Shown one piece after another: positions 40,612 through 55,285 of a DNA stretch of 64,000 nt. Position 1 is the stretch's first letter; the number at the start of each line of letters is the position of its first letter. Under the pieces are notes generated by a model. It saw only the letters and a program-made list of their open reading frames with translations. It was not told the origin of the DNA and ran no database searches. Where the stretch lies: NCBI RefSeq assembly GCF_009914755.1, contig NC_060929.1; one strand, 5' to 3'. The stretch comes from the human T2T-CHM13v2.0 reference genome, Homo sapiens. Made by a program: the position numbers and the translations under genes.

Positions 40612-40928
40612 GGCCAGGCACAGTGGCTCACACCTGTAATCTTATCATTTTAGGAGGTCGACGCAGGTGGATTGCTTGAGCTCAGTAGTTCAAGATCAGC
40701 CTGAGAAACATGGTGAAACCCCATCTGTATGAAAAATACAAAAATTAACTGGGTGTGGTGGTGCACACCTGTAGTCCGAGCTACTCAGGATGCTGAGGTG
40801 AGAGGATGGCTTGAGCCTGGGAGATGGAGGTTGCAGTGAGCTGAGATTGTGCCAGTGCACTCCAGCTTGGGCAACAGAGCAAGAACCTGTCTCAAAACAA
40901 AAAAACAAAAACAAAAACAAACAAAAAA
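40612..40928 (+). mobile_element. Alu (AluJ-like)
   Basis: Alu dimer with (CAAAAA)n tail. Confidence 0.93.
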
Positions 40929-41130
40929 GCCAAAGCAAAACACAATAAAGTTTAGTGGTTTATAATATAGACAGAAATAAAATATGTGACATCAATAGCA
41001 CAACGAACTAGAGAGAGATTAGTGGAATTTTTTGTGCAAAGTTTTTACATTGTTTGCAAAGAAGCGAAATACTAATTGATTCTTGTGATAAATTGGGGTG
41101 TTAAGTTGAGGATGCATACAGTAATCACTA

Positions 41131-41240
41131 CAGCAGTTGTTTTCAACCTTTGGTAATTCCCCTACCCAGGCCCCAGCCAAGGAACCCTGTCACAACTGGA
41201 GTGGGAGGACAGTTGCTACTGCCATCTGCTGGGAAGAGGC
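41131..41240 (+). mobile_element. MER20-like DNA transposon fragment
   Basis: CAGTTGTTTTCAACC start and TGTCACAACTGG…GCTACTGCCATCT…GAGGC resemble MER20. Confidence 0.6.
41217..41235 (-). promoter_or_regulatory. Candidate CTCF binding motif
   Basis: Reverse strand TTCCCAGCAGATGGCAGTA matches the CTCF core CC(A)(G/C)(C/T)AG(A/G)(T/G)GGC(A/G); motif only. Confidence 0.4.
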
Positions 41241-41314
41241 TTTGTTTTTATGAAAATTTTGTAGATGAGGAAACAGACTCCTAGAAGTTAAGTAAGTTTC
41301 TCTAACACTACCTT

Positions 41315-41846
41315 TGATAAGGTGAATAGTGGCTCCCCAAAGATGTCCCCGTTCTAATCCCCAGAATCTGTGAATATGTTACATCACATGGGTAAACGGT
41401 TTGCAGATGTGTTAAGGATCTCGAGATGGGAAGATTATTCTGGATTATCCTAGTGCGTCAAATGTAATCACAAGAGCTTTTATAAGAGGAAGGCGGTTGG
41501 GTCAGAGTCAGAGAAGACACATTATGATGAAAGAAGAGGTGACAGAAGGAAGGGGGATAGGTAGACAGACTGAGAATGAATGAAAATGCTACATTTCCAG
41601 CTTTGAAGATGGAGGAAGGCACCTTAAGCCAAGGGATGGAGGCACCGTCTAGAAGCTGGAAAAGGTAAGGAAATGGATTTTTCCCTAGAGCCTCATGAGG
41701 TAGCACAGCCCTGCTGATACCTTGACCTCAGCCCATTAAAAACCATTTCAGACTTTTGACACAAAGAACTGTAAGGTAATAAAACTGTATTTTCAAACCA
41801 CTAAGTTTATGATAATTCATTATAGCAGTAATGGGAAATTAGTATA
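41315..41846 (+). mobile_element. MLT1 (MaLR) solo LTR (MLT1D-like)
   Basis: CCCCAAAGATGTCC…TGTGAATATGTTAC…CTAGAAGCTGGAAAAGG…CCACTAAGTTT…GGAAATTAGTATA. Confidence 0.85.
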
Positions 41847-42134
41847 GATATCCAACTAGGATTTGCTTCTAGATTTTTCAGTCTATGCCTTTAATCACAA
41901 GATGGACATAGCTACCATAATGGGAAGAAAAGCTAAAGCATTTTTCAGAATGTTTTTGCCCTGCAGATATCTCTGATATTGCCTAACTGATCATGGTGTT
42001 CCTAAAATTGAAATAGACAGGCAACCTACTAAAGCCTTATTTGATTTGTGGAAGTGTTACCTACAGTGGAAAGAATCCAGCAACCAACAGACTCCTCATA
42101 ACATGAGAGCTTCCTAAATAATCTTAAATTTAAA

Positions 42135-42243
42135 ATATATATACACATATATGTGTATATATACATGTATATATATACATGTATATAGATGTATATATAC
42201 ATATACGTATATTTATGTGTGTGTGTATATATACACACACACG
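42135..42243. repeat. (TA)/(TG)/(CA) compound microsatellite
   Basis: Direct read; similar repeats continue at 42640-42780 after the LTR. Confidence 0.9.
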
Positions 42244-42643
42244 TGTCAAAAGAAAAACTTCAGCCGAGTTAAATTTAAAGGAGTTTAATTGAGCAATGAA
42301 TGATTTGCAAATCGGGCAGCCCCCAGAATCACCGAAGATTCAGAGAGACTCCAGTGCAGCCACATGGTGGAAGATTTATGGACAGCAAAAGGAAAGTGAT
42401 ATACAGAAAATGGAAGTGAGATACAGAAACAACTGGTTTGGTTACAGCTCCGTGTTTGCCTTGTTTGAACATGGTTCAAATAACGTTGGCTACATTTGAT
42501 TGGCTGAAACTCAGCGATTGGTACAGTTGTGTGTTATGGTTGGTTTATACCTCCACTTGTTATAGTTCATGACGTACAGAAAAATCTTTAGGCTGAACTT
42601 AAATATGTAAGGAGGCAGCTTTAGGCTAAACTTGATTTAATAC
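42244..42643 (-). mobile_element. MER57-family ERV1 solo LTR
   Basis: Reverse strand begins …TTAAATCAAGTTTAGCCTAAAGCTGCCTCCTTACATATTTAAGTTCAGCCTAAAG, ends TTTTGACA. Confidence 0.82.
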
Positions 42644-42991
42644 ATGCATACATGTACAAATATACATACGTGCATGTATATATATGATATACACATATTC
42701 TATGGATATTTATATAGATAGGCTTACAGATATTCACATATATATGTGTGTATGTAGTGTGTGTGTGTGTTTCCGTGTATATGAGCAAAATGTCTTGAAA
42801 AAATACAGAAACTGTTTAGAAAGTTACATCCGAGAAGGGGAACTGAGATCCTAGAGGATAAAGGTGGGAGTTTATTGTTTTGGTTAGATATCCTTTTGTA
42901 CTTTTTAAATGTTGACCCATGTAAGTATATCGCTGATTTTTTTTTTAAATACACACATAAAATTTAAAAAAAATAAAGAATTCTATTATAC

Positions 42992-43640
42992 TATTGGGGC
43001 TAAAATGATACCCCAAAATGAAAGCTTCAGAAGCAGCCCAGAAGCTTCTCTTCCAAAAGTTTCTCTCTGACGTTCTCTTGGCCTGCTATCTCTGACCCCT
43101 CAATTCTATCCTGAGGCTAGCAATAGAAGCTAGAATCTCTCCTCCCCCAAGGTGGATCAAAAAACCAGAACCACTTTTCCCCAAAGCCAGCCATAGGACC
43201 TAAAAATATTGCTCAAACTTTTCCCCCACCTTTCTGTGTAATAATTGACCATACAGAAATTATCTGATCTATCTTGTTTGATTATAGATTGTAAGACCTC
43301 CATTCCAGAGAGTGTCCTGCCCCATACTGAGAAGGAAGGAATGCTGCTCAGAGAGGCCAAGAAGAATCTAGACAGACAGGCCTTGCTCGGTTTCCCCACT
43401 CCGTCTATTAGCATTAGATCTCACACTTTTTGTTCAATCCTATTTCCACACGGCCGTCCATAGTTTGTTGAACCTAAGCATAAAAATGGACAATTTCCCC
43501 TGTATCTTTGGGTCTTCATTCTTTAGGCTCCCATGCACATTAATTCATTTGTATGCCTTTTTTTCCATGAATCTGCCTTTCGTTGGTTGATTATCAGCGA
43601 ACCTTTGGAGGGCGAAGAAGTTTGCCCTTTGCCTTTGTAA
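42992..43640 (+). mobile_element. ERV1 solo LTR (MER39-like)
   Basis: ATACCCCAAAATGAAAGCTTCAGAAGCAG start; homologous to 45966-47217; subfamily tentative. Confidence 0.75.
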
Positions 43641-43849
43641 TACCTCCATCAGCAAGAGCCAAGAGAGATTCCATGTGTTTTTCCCCAAGACCCTCAACCA
43701 TTTCCCCAACCCAACCTTCACTGCCTTTCCTTCACTCTCTGCCTTGAGACAGTGAGGCCTAATCACTCTATGCCTTTCATTCCTGTTTCCAGAGAAAGCT
43801 CAGACCCTAGGGGAGCCCCCATTTTCCATGGCTCTCTGCACCAGTATAA

Positions 43850-44080
43850 TACCTTCCCCTGCCTCCTCACCTTCCTTCCTTGCTTTATCTTCTCCATAGC
43901 ATTGACCACTAATCTGGTATTCTATACCTTACTTCCTTATCTGGATCATCACCTGTATCCCTCTAATACAAACTGAGCTCTATCAGGGCAAGGATTCTTG
44001 TCTGCCTTGTTCACTCCTGTAGCCAAAGCAGGAGTAAGAGTGCCTGGACATACTAGGCTCCCAATGAACACTTAATAACA
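43850..44080 (+). mobile_element. L2 3' remnant
   Basis: GAGCTCTATCAGGGCAAGGA…CTTGTTCACT…GTGCCTGGACATACTAGGCTC. Confidence 0.65.
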
Positions 44081-44929
44081 GAGGAAGAGAGGCAGTGAGT
44101 GATCATTGAGTACTACGCTGGGAACCACAGCTTTGCTGGCACTAAAATGAAGAAGAGATGAACAGAGGGAGGTGTATTTCCTATGGCCACCCATCCATCT
44201 GCCTGGCAGGGACTAGGTGGAAAGAAGAAACTGCTGTCAAGGCATGTCCCGTTATATGTCAGATCCCTCCACACACTACCACCTTGCAGCCAGAAAAACG
44301 CCTGGAAGCCAACTAGACAAGTGGCAGGGTTTGAAGGATAAGAGCCCCTATGGCTGGGAAACTGCTGATGTGAGAAAGAAAGCATAATTATACTCACATT
44401 TGCAACAGGTAATGGAGCACCATGAGCAACTTAAATACTGACATTTTATTATAGCCTTAAGAGAGAACATAAAAACCTTCAGAAAGAATAACTAAATGTG
44501 GCATTTGGTATTTGCCGCATCATTTGTGTTAATCATAGAACATTTCTCAGGGGAGGAGCCCCTAACATTTCTTATATGTAAATATATACTTCATATATAA
44601 GTGTCTTTATGAGAATATCATCTGTGAAAAGCAAATCATCCAACAAATATTTACTGAGCAGTCTTCTGTGCACCAGGCACTGTGCTAGTCCCTGGGAAAA
44701 TGACTCACAATAAGATGATGCCCTTATGAAACTTACGTTCTAATAAAGAAGCCCAGCACTAAACAAGACACCCAAACCACAAAGACAGTCATTTCAGACA
44801 GTGACTTGTGATGCAAAAGAAACAAATTTGGGGGTCTGGAGATTCCTACTTGAGGATGGGCATGGAGGAAGGCAGAGCAGACACCACTGGGGCCTCCTTG
44901 TCCCTCTGACGTCCCTTGGCCATGCACGG

Positions 44930-45100
44930 CAGCTGCTTGCTCCTCACAATGTGATCCTCAGAACATCAGCAAGGGCATCATCTGGGAGCTTCTAAGAGCC
45001 GCAGCATCTCAGGCCTCCTAACAGAACTCTTTAACCAATCTGCATTTTAACAAGATCCCCAGGGTTTGTGAGCACACTAAAGTTTGAAAACTACTCTTCA
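44930..45100. mobile_element. MER5A-like DNA transposon remnant
   Basis: GCATCATCTGGGAGCTT…TCTGCATTTTAACAAGATCCCCAGG…CACTAAAGTTTGAAAAC. Confidence 0.7.
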
Positions 45101-46453
45101 GGACTGTTTCTAACTGCCCGTATTTGCATATTCCCACTGCTCTTTCTGCATAACGAGGAGCAATCAGAAGTGCTCTCTCCCTCCCCAAGGATCCAGTACC
45201 AGTGGAGGGGGTATGTAAATGTTCAAGTCCCTCAGCACTCATAGGGGTAACCCAGAGGCAGCATTTTATGCCTTTCCCAGAGCTTCCCACAGGATGAAGC
45301 TTGGTGGCCTGCGGTGGTGGCTGGTGCCTCTTGCCACTGATTTCCCCTGCTACTGCCTTCTGTGCCTCCCAAGCCACCTGCTGCCATCTGCTTGCTTGTC
45401 TCAGGGTGCTCCGAGGGGAACGTGAGTAAGACAGGGGCCTCTCTGAAGATGTGAGCTGAGAACTGAAGAATGAAAGAAGCCACCTGGTGAAGAGCTAGGA
45501 GAGGGAACAGTCAGTGGAAAGGCGCTGAGGCTGGGAAAAACTGCAGTGCTCAAGGACCAGAATGGAGATCAGAGGCAGGAGCACAGTGGGGAGTCCTGTT
45601 GGGGGTGGATACAGAAGTGCAAGAGTAGAGAAGGGAAGAGTAGACATTGATTGCACTAATGCAGTGAGGTGATTGTGGCTTAGACATGTCAGTTGGGAGC
45701 ACAAGGACCAGAGGCAGGTGGAAGAATGTTGACCTGTTGTAAAGCCAGAGGTGAAAAACAAACTGTGCAAAATATTCACACACACTCAGCAAGCTTTGGA
45801 TGACTGCGTAAAATTAAACAAACCCTCCAGTCGTACCTGTCTCTATACTAGGGATGCATAAGCTAATGGCTACACCCCAAAAGTCTGTTCCTTAGGTTAA
45901 AATGCCCAGCACTCAGTAACATTTCCTTCTCTAAAAATCTAGAAAATGTTCGAAGAGAAGTTAACTGTTAGGGCTCAGAAAACAACACTTCAAAATGAAG
46001 GCCCCAGAAGTAAAAGGTTTTCTTCTGACCTTCTTCTGCTCTTCTGTCTCTCAGTCCCATTCTCCCCTGAGGCTAGCCATAGGCACTAGAATCCCTCTTC
46101 CCAAGGCTGGTCATAGAAACCAGAACCCTCTTTTATTCCCTGAAGACAACCATAAAGCCTAAAAATATCACTCTATTTTTCCTCTGCCTTTCTGTGCAAA
46201 AACTGGCCGTAAAGACATGATCTGGCCTACCTTGTTTGACTGTAGGTCATATAACCCCATTCCACAGGGGGTTCCACCCCGTACCCAGAAGGACGGAATG
46301 CTGCACAGACAGAATCTGATAGACAAGAATCTAGACAAACAGGCCTTGCTGGGTTTCCCCACTCTATTAGCAGTAGATTATACATTTTTGTCCAATCCTA
46401 TTTCCACACGGCTGTCCATACTTTGTTGAACCTAAGCATAAAAATGGACAGTT

Positions 46454-46856
<403 letters not shown>

Positions 46857-46875
46857 TCAATAAATCTGCCCTTTA

Positions 46876-47142
46876 GCTGGGCACAGAGGCTTACGCCTGT
46901 AATCCCAACACTTTGGGAGGCTGAGGCAAGAGCCCAGGAGTTTGAGACCAACCTGGGCAACATAGGGAGACCCTAGTTCTACATAAATTAATTTTAAAAA
47001 AATAGCCAGCATGGTGGTATGTGCCTGTGGTTCCAGATACTCATGAGACTGAGGCTGCAGTGAGCTGTGATCACACCACTGTACTCTAGCCTGGGCAATA
47101 GAGCCTGGGCAACATAGCGAGATCCTATCTCAAAAAGGAAAA
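46876..47142 (+). mobile_element. Alu (AluJ-like, internally deleted)
   Basis: Alu dimer with deletions; AATCTGCC on both flanks. Confidence 0.85.
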
Positions 47143-47643
47143 GAAATGCGTTAAAAAAATTAATCTGCCTTTTGTGAGCTGCTTTTTCAGCAAAACTTCA
47201 GAGGGCCAAGGGAACACAACAATAACTACACAACAATGACTAAGATAGACATGAACTCGCTTCCTGGCTTTTGTGTTCCTTAATTTAGACTAATTTTCAT
47301 TCATTTAACAAACATGTATTAGGTAGCACCTGTTGGCAGGACCTGTGGATTCCAAGATGGGCCAGATAAGGTTACAGTGGGGAGCAGCCCCAGCTATTAT
47401 AATTCCACATGATAAGTGTGATAAACACACTATGAACAAAGGGGTATGCAACTACTGAAAGAAGTATCCAACCCTTTTATTGGGAGTTGGAGAAAGCTTA
47501 ACAGAAAAGGCAAAATAAAACTGGCATTTGAGTTGGATTTAAAGAGTGAGTAAAAGTTTGTTAGTCAAGGAAGAGGAAAAATAGCAGTTATCTGAGGAAA
47601 AGTTCAGTAGGGCTGGAGTATTCAAGCAACAGGCAGTGAGTAG

Positions 47644-47948
<305 letters not shown>

Positions 47949-50900
47949 TAGGAGACATAATTCTTCCTAACTGTATTTAACTACAGACAGTATCATTTAA
48001 TGTTTTTAATCAAAAATGAAACCAGTAGATTACCTCCAGATAAGAAAAATAACACCAATTCATGTTATAATGTCACTTGCATGCCAAACCCAGGCATCAG
48101 GAGTAAATAACTAAAATAATTTTATAAGAAAAGGCTATCAATATGGTTAGATTGGTGTTTTACAAAGATAATGCTAAAAGCAGAGATGGTTAGCTTGCAC
48201 TATGAAAGCTATAATAACAGAATTAAAGAAAATCCCATAATTTCTGCCAAGATTACATTCCAATCTTAAGAAACCCTCCCTGTCAAGTTCTTCAGTGCAT
48301 CTCACTTAAGTCTTTCTTGCTGCAAATTAAGCCCATGTACCATCCCTGCATCCTCCTTTATAATTAACATTATTCATTCTGCAGATTATAACAGATCATT
48401 TTCCTCCTTCCTAACTCTAGAAGAACTCTTACTAAATAAAATACACCAGAGAAACACAGTGGGTGAACTATCAGATGACTTTCAAACTTAAATGTTAAAA
48501 AACAAAAGAAAAAAAAATGACCAATTTGCCTTTCTGTGCATTTGTTGGAGAGTCTATTCCTTCCTAGATAGGAATATTCTTCTCCCAGAGTCAACTTCTT
48601 CCTTCATATGACTATTTTTTCTCCTGAACGCTATTGTCTGTGAATATTTGCACAAAACAGACTGTGTTGTCCAATGACAGAACGGCATGTTCTTCCTCAC
48701 TAACCCCCCCTCCGAGATCAGGAATCCAAAGTGCTTTGCCATCAGCTACATGACCTTGAATAAATGACTGCTCCATCTGTACCTCACTTTCCTAAGTGTC
48801 AAATCAAAGTGTCTAGAGTAGGCCATCTCCAAAGCCTGTCCTGTGGCTATGAGTCCGAAAATGGCTCTCTCAGACTTTCAGCTCTCCTGTCTATAAGAGG
48901 CAGATTCTCAGGGTTGGGAGAGGCTTCTAGGTGCTTCCCTTCTATGGCTTCCTTCCTAGTACATTCACAATAGAAAATTACCTAGCACTGAAAATTTGTT
49001 AGTAATCTTAACTTTCCCAACCTCTCCTAGATCAAATGAGGTTAACTGGATATTCAACATTTCTAGTCTACCATCCCGTCAGACAGCTGAACAATGCATT
49101 TTCTTTTCTTTGGATTAAAAAAAAAAAAAAAAAGATGCAGTTGCCAAAGACAAGGAATTCCTATGCATCTCCCAAGGAACTTTCTCTCATCATGCTAGAG
49201 CCAATTAGCTCAAACTAGAAGTTGGAGGCAAAATAATTCAAGTTAGAAGATAAAACATCCAAGTTATAGTCCACAGAGATTATAACTTGTTATCCTAGGA
49301 GTGTCATATCTGGCCCACAGATGGGTCTTGATTTTTTAAGTTTGAACCAGCCTATGTAAATGACAAAAATTCACATAAAAATCCAGATTTCCCATTTCTC
49401 TTGAAAAATCTGAAGATCCCACCTGTGTGAGGACACCCTCACCTCGCTGGCATGTGACGCTGCTGGCGCCTTTATACATTCCCTATTGCCTCCCTCACAT
49501 GCGGCCAAGGGTTGTTTGAGTTTTATCATCATGTTTTTGCAGTCCTTTTTTAAACCATAGAAGAAATTTTTTTTCTGAATCAGTACTGGAGATAGTAAAG
49601 ATACACCAAGTGGCCTGATCAAGAAAACAGGAAACAGCAAATGTGTATGCAGAAAAAAGAGCACCCCTTCTATTCATTAGGCTAAGGAGGGTCCACTTGA
49701 CTTTCCTGCCTGTCTGACCCTAGGGGCATTTAAGTTTGAGATCCTGATGTAGAAATTTGGGAAGCTCAGGGTGGTAGAAACCACCCCTGAACAGGAATCA
49801 GCTGTTCCTTCTCCATGACTTAGCCCCTTCATCCACGAACAAAGCTGGTTGTGCTAGATGGTCCCCTCCTGGTTTGGACAGAAAATCTAAGATTCTGTAT
49901 TCCAACAAAACCCAAAAGTCTCTGAAAAGGACAACCTGATTCAGTTCCTGCCAGGGTAAGTAAAGACAATACTGACACCCAGTGGTCCATTAACCAGCTC
50001 CATTTAATGCCCTAAAATTCCCAAGGACTGCTGAGTAAACGTTTAGGTGCTGCCAAAACCTTCTTCATGTCCCAAAGATACAGGAAACAAAAGATCAACA
50101 AAAATTAATGACACTGAAACAAAAGATAGCATGTACTGGTTTGTTTTCTAAGCCTCTCTGGTGAGGATCTGGCTATATCTTGTTTGGCTTAAACATATTC
50201 ATTATATCAAAGCATTTGTATTCAACAATGTATTTCCCTTACATCATGAAAACAAATACGCTTTTAAAAATACAAGGCTTATTTCCCAGGAGGTAAAAGC
50301 CCAAATACCCTAAACTGTTTTATAATGATTTCTTTGATTTGTTAATTAGTCTTCTAAACCCTGAAAAGTAAATAATAAACATCTGAGATTATGAGGACAG
50401 GAACTCCATTTGACTAGTTTCTGTGAGGATCTCACCACAGCCTCACATCCTTAAATTTGGAATAATGAGGTTACTACAGCAGTGAAGGCCGAGGCAGAAA
50501 TGGCAGGAAAAACACATTTTGAGAACGTCTTTCACTTCCAATAGGCTAATAACTACCAGAGTTTTAAAATCAGCACGATCTCAAATATAACACTTGATGA
50601 CATTTAGTCTGACTGTTGATTGAAGTAAAATAAAAGAGTAAAAAAAAATGTATTTTAGTAATTTTTATTTCACATTGAACGCTTTTGATTTTGTCAAAAA
50701 GGATAAGTGGCCTGGCCTTCCAATGCTGACATAAGCTGACATCTCATTGTAATACTTTAAATCAGACTTCAGAATATGGCATTGGTGAGCAGCGTGGGAA
50801 GACTTCATGCTAGTGAAAAAAACACCCAAGGAACGTGCCTTTTTGTTAGTGAAAAAGGCAACAGCTGGTATCATGACACAAATGAAAGGCTCAAGACAGA

Positions 50901-51671
50901 CATTCAGGTAAAAAAAAGTAAAATGACTCACAGACTCCCTGTCCTGTCATACACAATGAAACTAGTGGAAAAAATAGAAAAATAAATAAATCAGCCACAA
51001 CCAAAAAAGAGAATTGAATGCCATAATATGCAAAAGACAGTGGCCAAGAAAGGAGGCTGGCTCCCAGAAGGTGCTGAAACTCCCGAGACTGTTCCTTGAT
51101 ACTCCCAAATTGGATAAGAAACGCAAGGAGGATGATGTCCTCTTTGCCCCTTTTGATTTCAAGGAAGTACACAGAAATGGCCTGAGGTGGGGAAAAATGA
51201 AAAGAGAAGAGAATAGTCAAATCGACCCCCTTGTGCAGAAGCGCAGGCTACTAGACTCCATGCTAAATTGGGGGAAGCATTTAGAAGGTATCACCCTGCA
51301 CTTCATTAAGTGGAGCAATCGCAGGTTTAGGACAGAAAACAAAATGTAAGAAAGAGGAACAGAAACCAGTTCCTGTAAGAATGATTGCACCCAATCCTAG
51401 CTGACTGTTCCCTTGCCCTACCCCATCCACAGGCTAGAGAGAGGGGGATGGAAAAACCCCTGAGCCTTCCAGCTGCAGCCAGAGGATGAGGCTAGTCTCA
51501 GAAAATGGTGGAAGGAGGGCTCGAGAGAATTCATTCAGAACATCAGAGGAGGAAGTAAGATACAGAGCAGATCTCTTAGAGAAGAGTAATGCAAAAAGAA
51601 ATAATGTGTTAACCTGAAAATATCCAAGGCAGCACAGCATAAAAAAGAAATTAAAAAGATGAATATTTGGG

Positions 51672-52019
<348 letters not shown>

Positions 52020-52396
52020 TCAAAACCTCTAGTAATCTATAACCCCTCCTTAAAATAAAGAGAAAAAATTGTTTGTTGAAATAATGAAATCCAGCCAAGA
52101 AATCAAAATAAAGACCTCAGCTGTAGAGTAGCCCAGATGAAACAACTTGGAGTGAGCATTGATCAATTTAAATATAGTATTAATCAAAATTACATGGGGA
52201 GTTAGGACTGGAAAGTAAAATAGGAGTATTATAAACCTGGATAATGTATAAAAAAAAGCAACTCATAATATTTCAAGAAATAAGCAGGTGCCAATAAATA
52301 CTGGTTAAAATTTAAAGGCAGTTTAAAAAATAATGAGACCAACCTGTTAAATGTTTGACCTCATTTTTCTTAACATTCAACATACTTAAACAGTGA

Positions 52397-52665
52397 TAAA
52401 CATCTTCATGGGAGCCACTGTGCTAGACACTGGGAATCCAGTATGAATAAGACATGGTCTCTGCCTTCCAAAGGTATATAATCTTTGCACAAAAATAACA
52501 ACTATCATATTTGAACATTTTATTAGACATTTTACATTAGCCTCATCATAGTCACTTGCATCCTAGTATAAAATAGGCACTGATCAAGGTGCTTTACATG
52601 TGTATCATGGATTCCTCACAACAGAGCTACAGCAAAGATACATTATTTTCTTCATTTTATAAGGA
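52397..52665 (+). repeat. Diverged local duplicate of ~55919-56185 (L2/MIR junction)
   Basis: Shared TTTGAACATTTTATTAGA and CCTAGTAT.AAATAGG.ACTGATCAAGGT in collinear context. Confidence 0.8.
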
Positions 52666-52856
52666 AGGAAGAAGTATTTATCTAAAGTTTATGAAGTTCA
52701 TTACTTCCATTTCTGTCTGTTAAATTCAAATAAAATTTTGAGGAGTGTTTTATAAAAGAAGGAACAAAAATAAGGAAAAGAAAAAAACAAGGAAGGAAGG
52801 GAGGAAAGAAGGGAGGGAAAAAAAGGATCTAGTTTCAGCTCAACTGTTAATTAGCT

Positions 52857-54758
52857 TGCCACAAAAAGAATAAAATACCTAGGAATACACCAACTAGGGA
52901 GGTGAAAGACCTCTACAAGGTGAGCTACAAACCACTGCTCAAAGAAATCAGAGAAGACACAAACAAACGGATAAACATTCCATGCTCATGGATAGGAAGA
53001 ATTAATATTGTTAAAATGGCTACACTCCCCAAAGCAATTTATAGATTCAATGCTACACCTATTAAATTACCATTGGCATTCATCACAGAACTAGAAAAAA
53101 CTATTTTAAAATTCATGTGGAAGCAAAAAAGAGCCTGAATAGCCAAGACAACCCTAAGCAAAAAGAACAAAGCTGGAGACATCACATTACCTGACTTCAA
53201 ACTATTCTACATGGCTACAGTAACCAAAATAGCTTGACACTGGTACAAAAACAGACACATAGACCAATGGAACAGAATAGAGAATCCAGAAATAAGACTA
53301 CACACCTACAACTATCTGATCTTCAACAAACCTGACAGAAATAAGCAATGGGGAAAGGACTCCCCATTCAAAAAATGGTGCTTAGATAACTGGCTAGCCA
53401 TATGCAGAAGATTCATACTGGACCCCTTCTTTATACCTTATACAAAAATTAACTCAAGATGGATTAAAGACTTAAAGGTAAGTAAGACACAAAACCATAA
53501 AAATCCTGGAAAACAACCTAGGCAATACCATTCAGGACAGAAGCATGGGCAAAGATTTCATAATGAAGACTCCAAAAGCAATTGCAACAAAAGTAAAATT
53601 GGCAAATAGGATCTAATTAAACTAAAGAACTTTTGCACAGCAAAAGAAACTATCAGCAGAGTAAGTAGAAAACCTACAGAATTGGAGAAAATTTGTACAA
53701 ACTATGCATCTAACAAAGGTTTAATATCCAGCATCTACAAGGAACAAATGAATTTACAAGAAAAAAAACAACCCTATAAAAAACTGGGCAAAGGACATGA
53801 ACAGACATTTTTTCAAAAGAAGACATACATCGGGAGGCTGAGGCAGGAGAATCACTTGAACCCAGGAGGTGGAGGTTTGCAGTGAGCCAAGATGGTGCCA
53901 CTGCACTCCAGCCTGGCAACAGAGTGAGACTTCGTCTCAAAAAAGAAAGGACAAATATGCAGCTGACAATCATATGAAAAAAAGCTCAACGTCACTGATC
54001 ATTAGAGAAATGCAAATCAAAACCATAATTAGATACCATCTAACACCAGTCAGAATGGCTACTATAAAAAAAAGTCAAAAAATAACAGACGCCGGCAAGG
54101 TTGTGGAGAAAAACGAACACTTATACACTGTGGGTGGCAGTGTAAATTAGCTCAGCCATTGTGGAAGAGAGAGTGGTGATTCCTCAAAGACCTAAAGACA
54201 GGAATACTGTTTGGCCCAGCAATCACATTACAGGATATATACCCAAAGGAATAGAAATCATTCTATTACAAAGACACATGCATGTGTATGTTTATTGCAG
54301 CACTATTCACAATAGCAGAGACATGGAATCAATCTAAATGCCCATCAAAGGTAGACTGGATAAAGAAAATGTGGCACATACACACCATAGAATACTATGT
54401 AGCCATAAAAAATAAGAACATGTCCTTTGCAGGGACATGTGTGGAGCTGGAGGCCATTATCCTTAGCAAACTAACACAGGAACAGAAAAGCAAATACTGC
54501 ATGTTCTCACTTATAATTGGGAGCTGAATAATGAGGACACATGGACACACAGAGGGGAACGACACCCAGTAGGGCCTGTTGGAGGATGGAGGGTGGTAGG
54601 AGAGAGAGGATCAGAAAAAATAACTCATGGATACTAGGCTTAATACCTGGGTGACGAAATAATCTGTACAACAAACACCCATAACACAAGTTTACCTGTG
54701 TCACAAACCTGCACACGTACCCCTGAACTTAAAAGTTTAAAAAAAAAAAAAAAAAACC
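52857..54758 (+). mobile_element. 5'-truncated older L1PA (L1PA13-16-like) with nested Alu arm
   Basis: ORF2 3' remnant ([14 protein letters not shown]…), 3'UTR and poly-A; TSD CTGTTAATTAGCT at 52844-52856 and 54759-54771. Confidence 0.93.
53831..53944 (+). mobile_element. 5'-truncated Alu right arm
   Basis: CGGGAGGCTGAGGCAGGAGAATCACTTGAACCC…GTCTCAAAAAA inside the L1. Confidence 0.9.
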
Positions 54759-54829
54759 CTGTTAATTAGCTGTGTGCTCTTAGTGCAGCCTAACTAGTCT
54801 GCATCTTAGACCAGAGGGTTGGTCCTAGT

Positions 54830-55285
54830 TGTCACTATATTCGTTCCCTTTTTCTTCTAATTATACAACTCCTGGATTTCAGTTAGGCGCATCACTGCCC
54901 AGCACAAGGGCTACAATTTCTAGCCTCCTGAGCAGCTGATATGACCATGCAACTATGCCACAACCCAACGGATTGTAAGTTGATTTTGTGCAATTTCTGG
55001 AAAGTGTTCTTTAAAGGAGAGGATGTTTCTCCTCACCTCGCACCAGACCCATCCACCTGGTCCTTGCAACGTGAATATGATGACTGGAACACCCTTTTCC
55101 ATCATGACAATGGAGCTCCATTCTAAGGGGGCAGGAACAGAAACCTGTAGGCAGCCTAGCTCCCAGATGATTATGGAGTTGCCACACCAGCTGTAGCCTA
55201 GCTACATCTGGACTTCACAGGACAGAGAAACAAACGTTTATCTGATTTAAGCCACTATTTTAGCCTTCCAGTTACAGCTAATTCT
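54830..55285 (+). mobile_element. Old MLT1-like LTR remnant
   Basis: …CTGGACTTC…GAGAAACAAAC…TTTAAGCCACTATTTT MLT1 3' pattern. Confidence 0.6.

Larger units (their letters stand above)
37844..41130 (+). mobile_element. Old L1M remnants (fragmented)
   Basis: A-rich degenerate L1 motifs (ACACATTCTTTTCAAATGCACATG; GCTGACTTTCATCAGAAAACAATG…AAGACAATGGAAT). Confidence 0.6.

Noticed and set aside
45405-45427. Possible micro-exon CAG|GGTGCTCCGAGGGGAAC|GTGAGT
   Set aside because: Splice-like motifs alone, with no partner exons or reading frame to support them.
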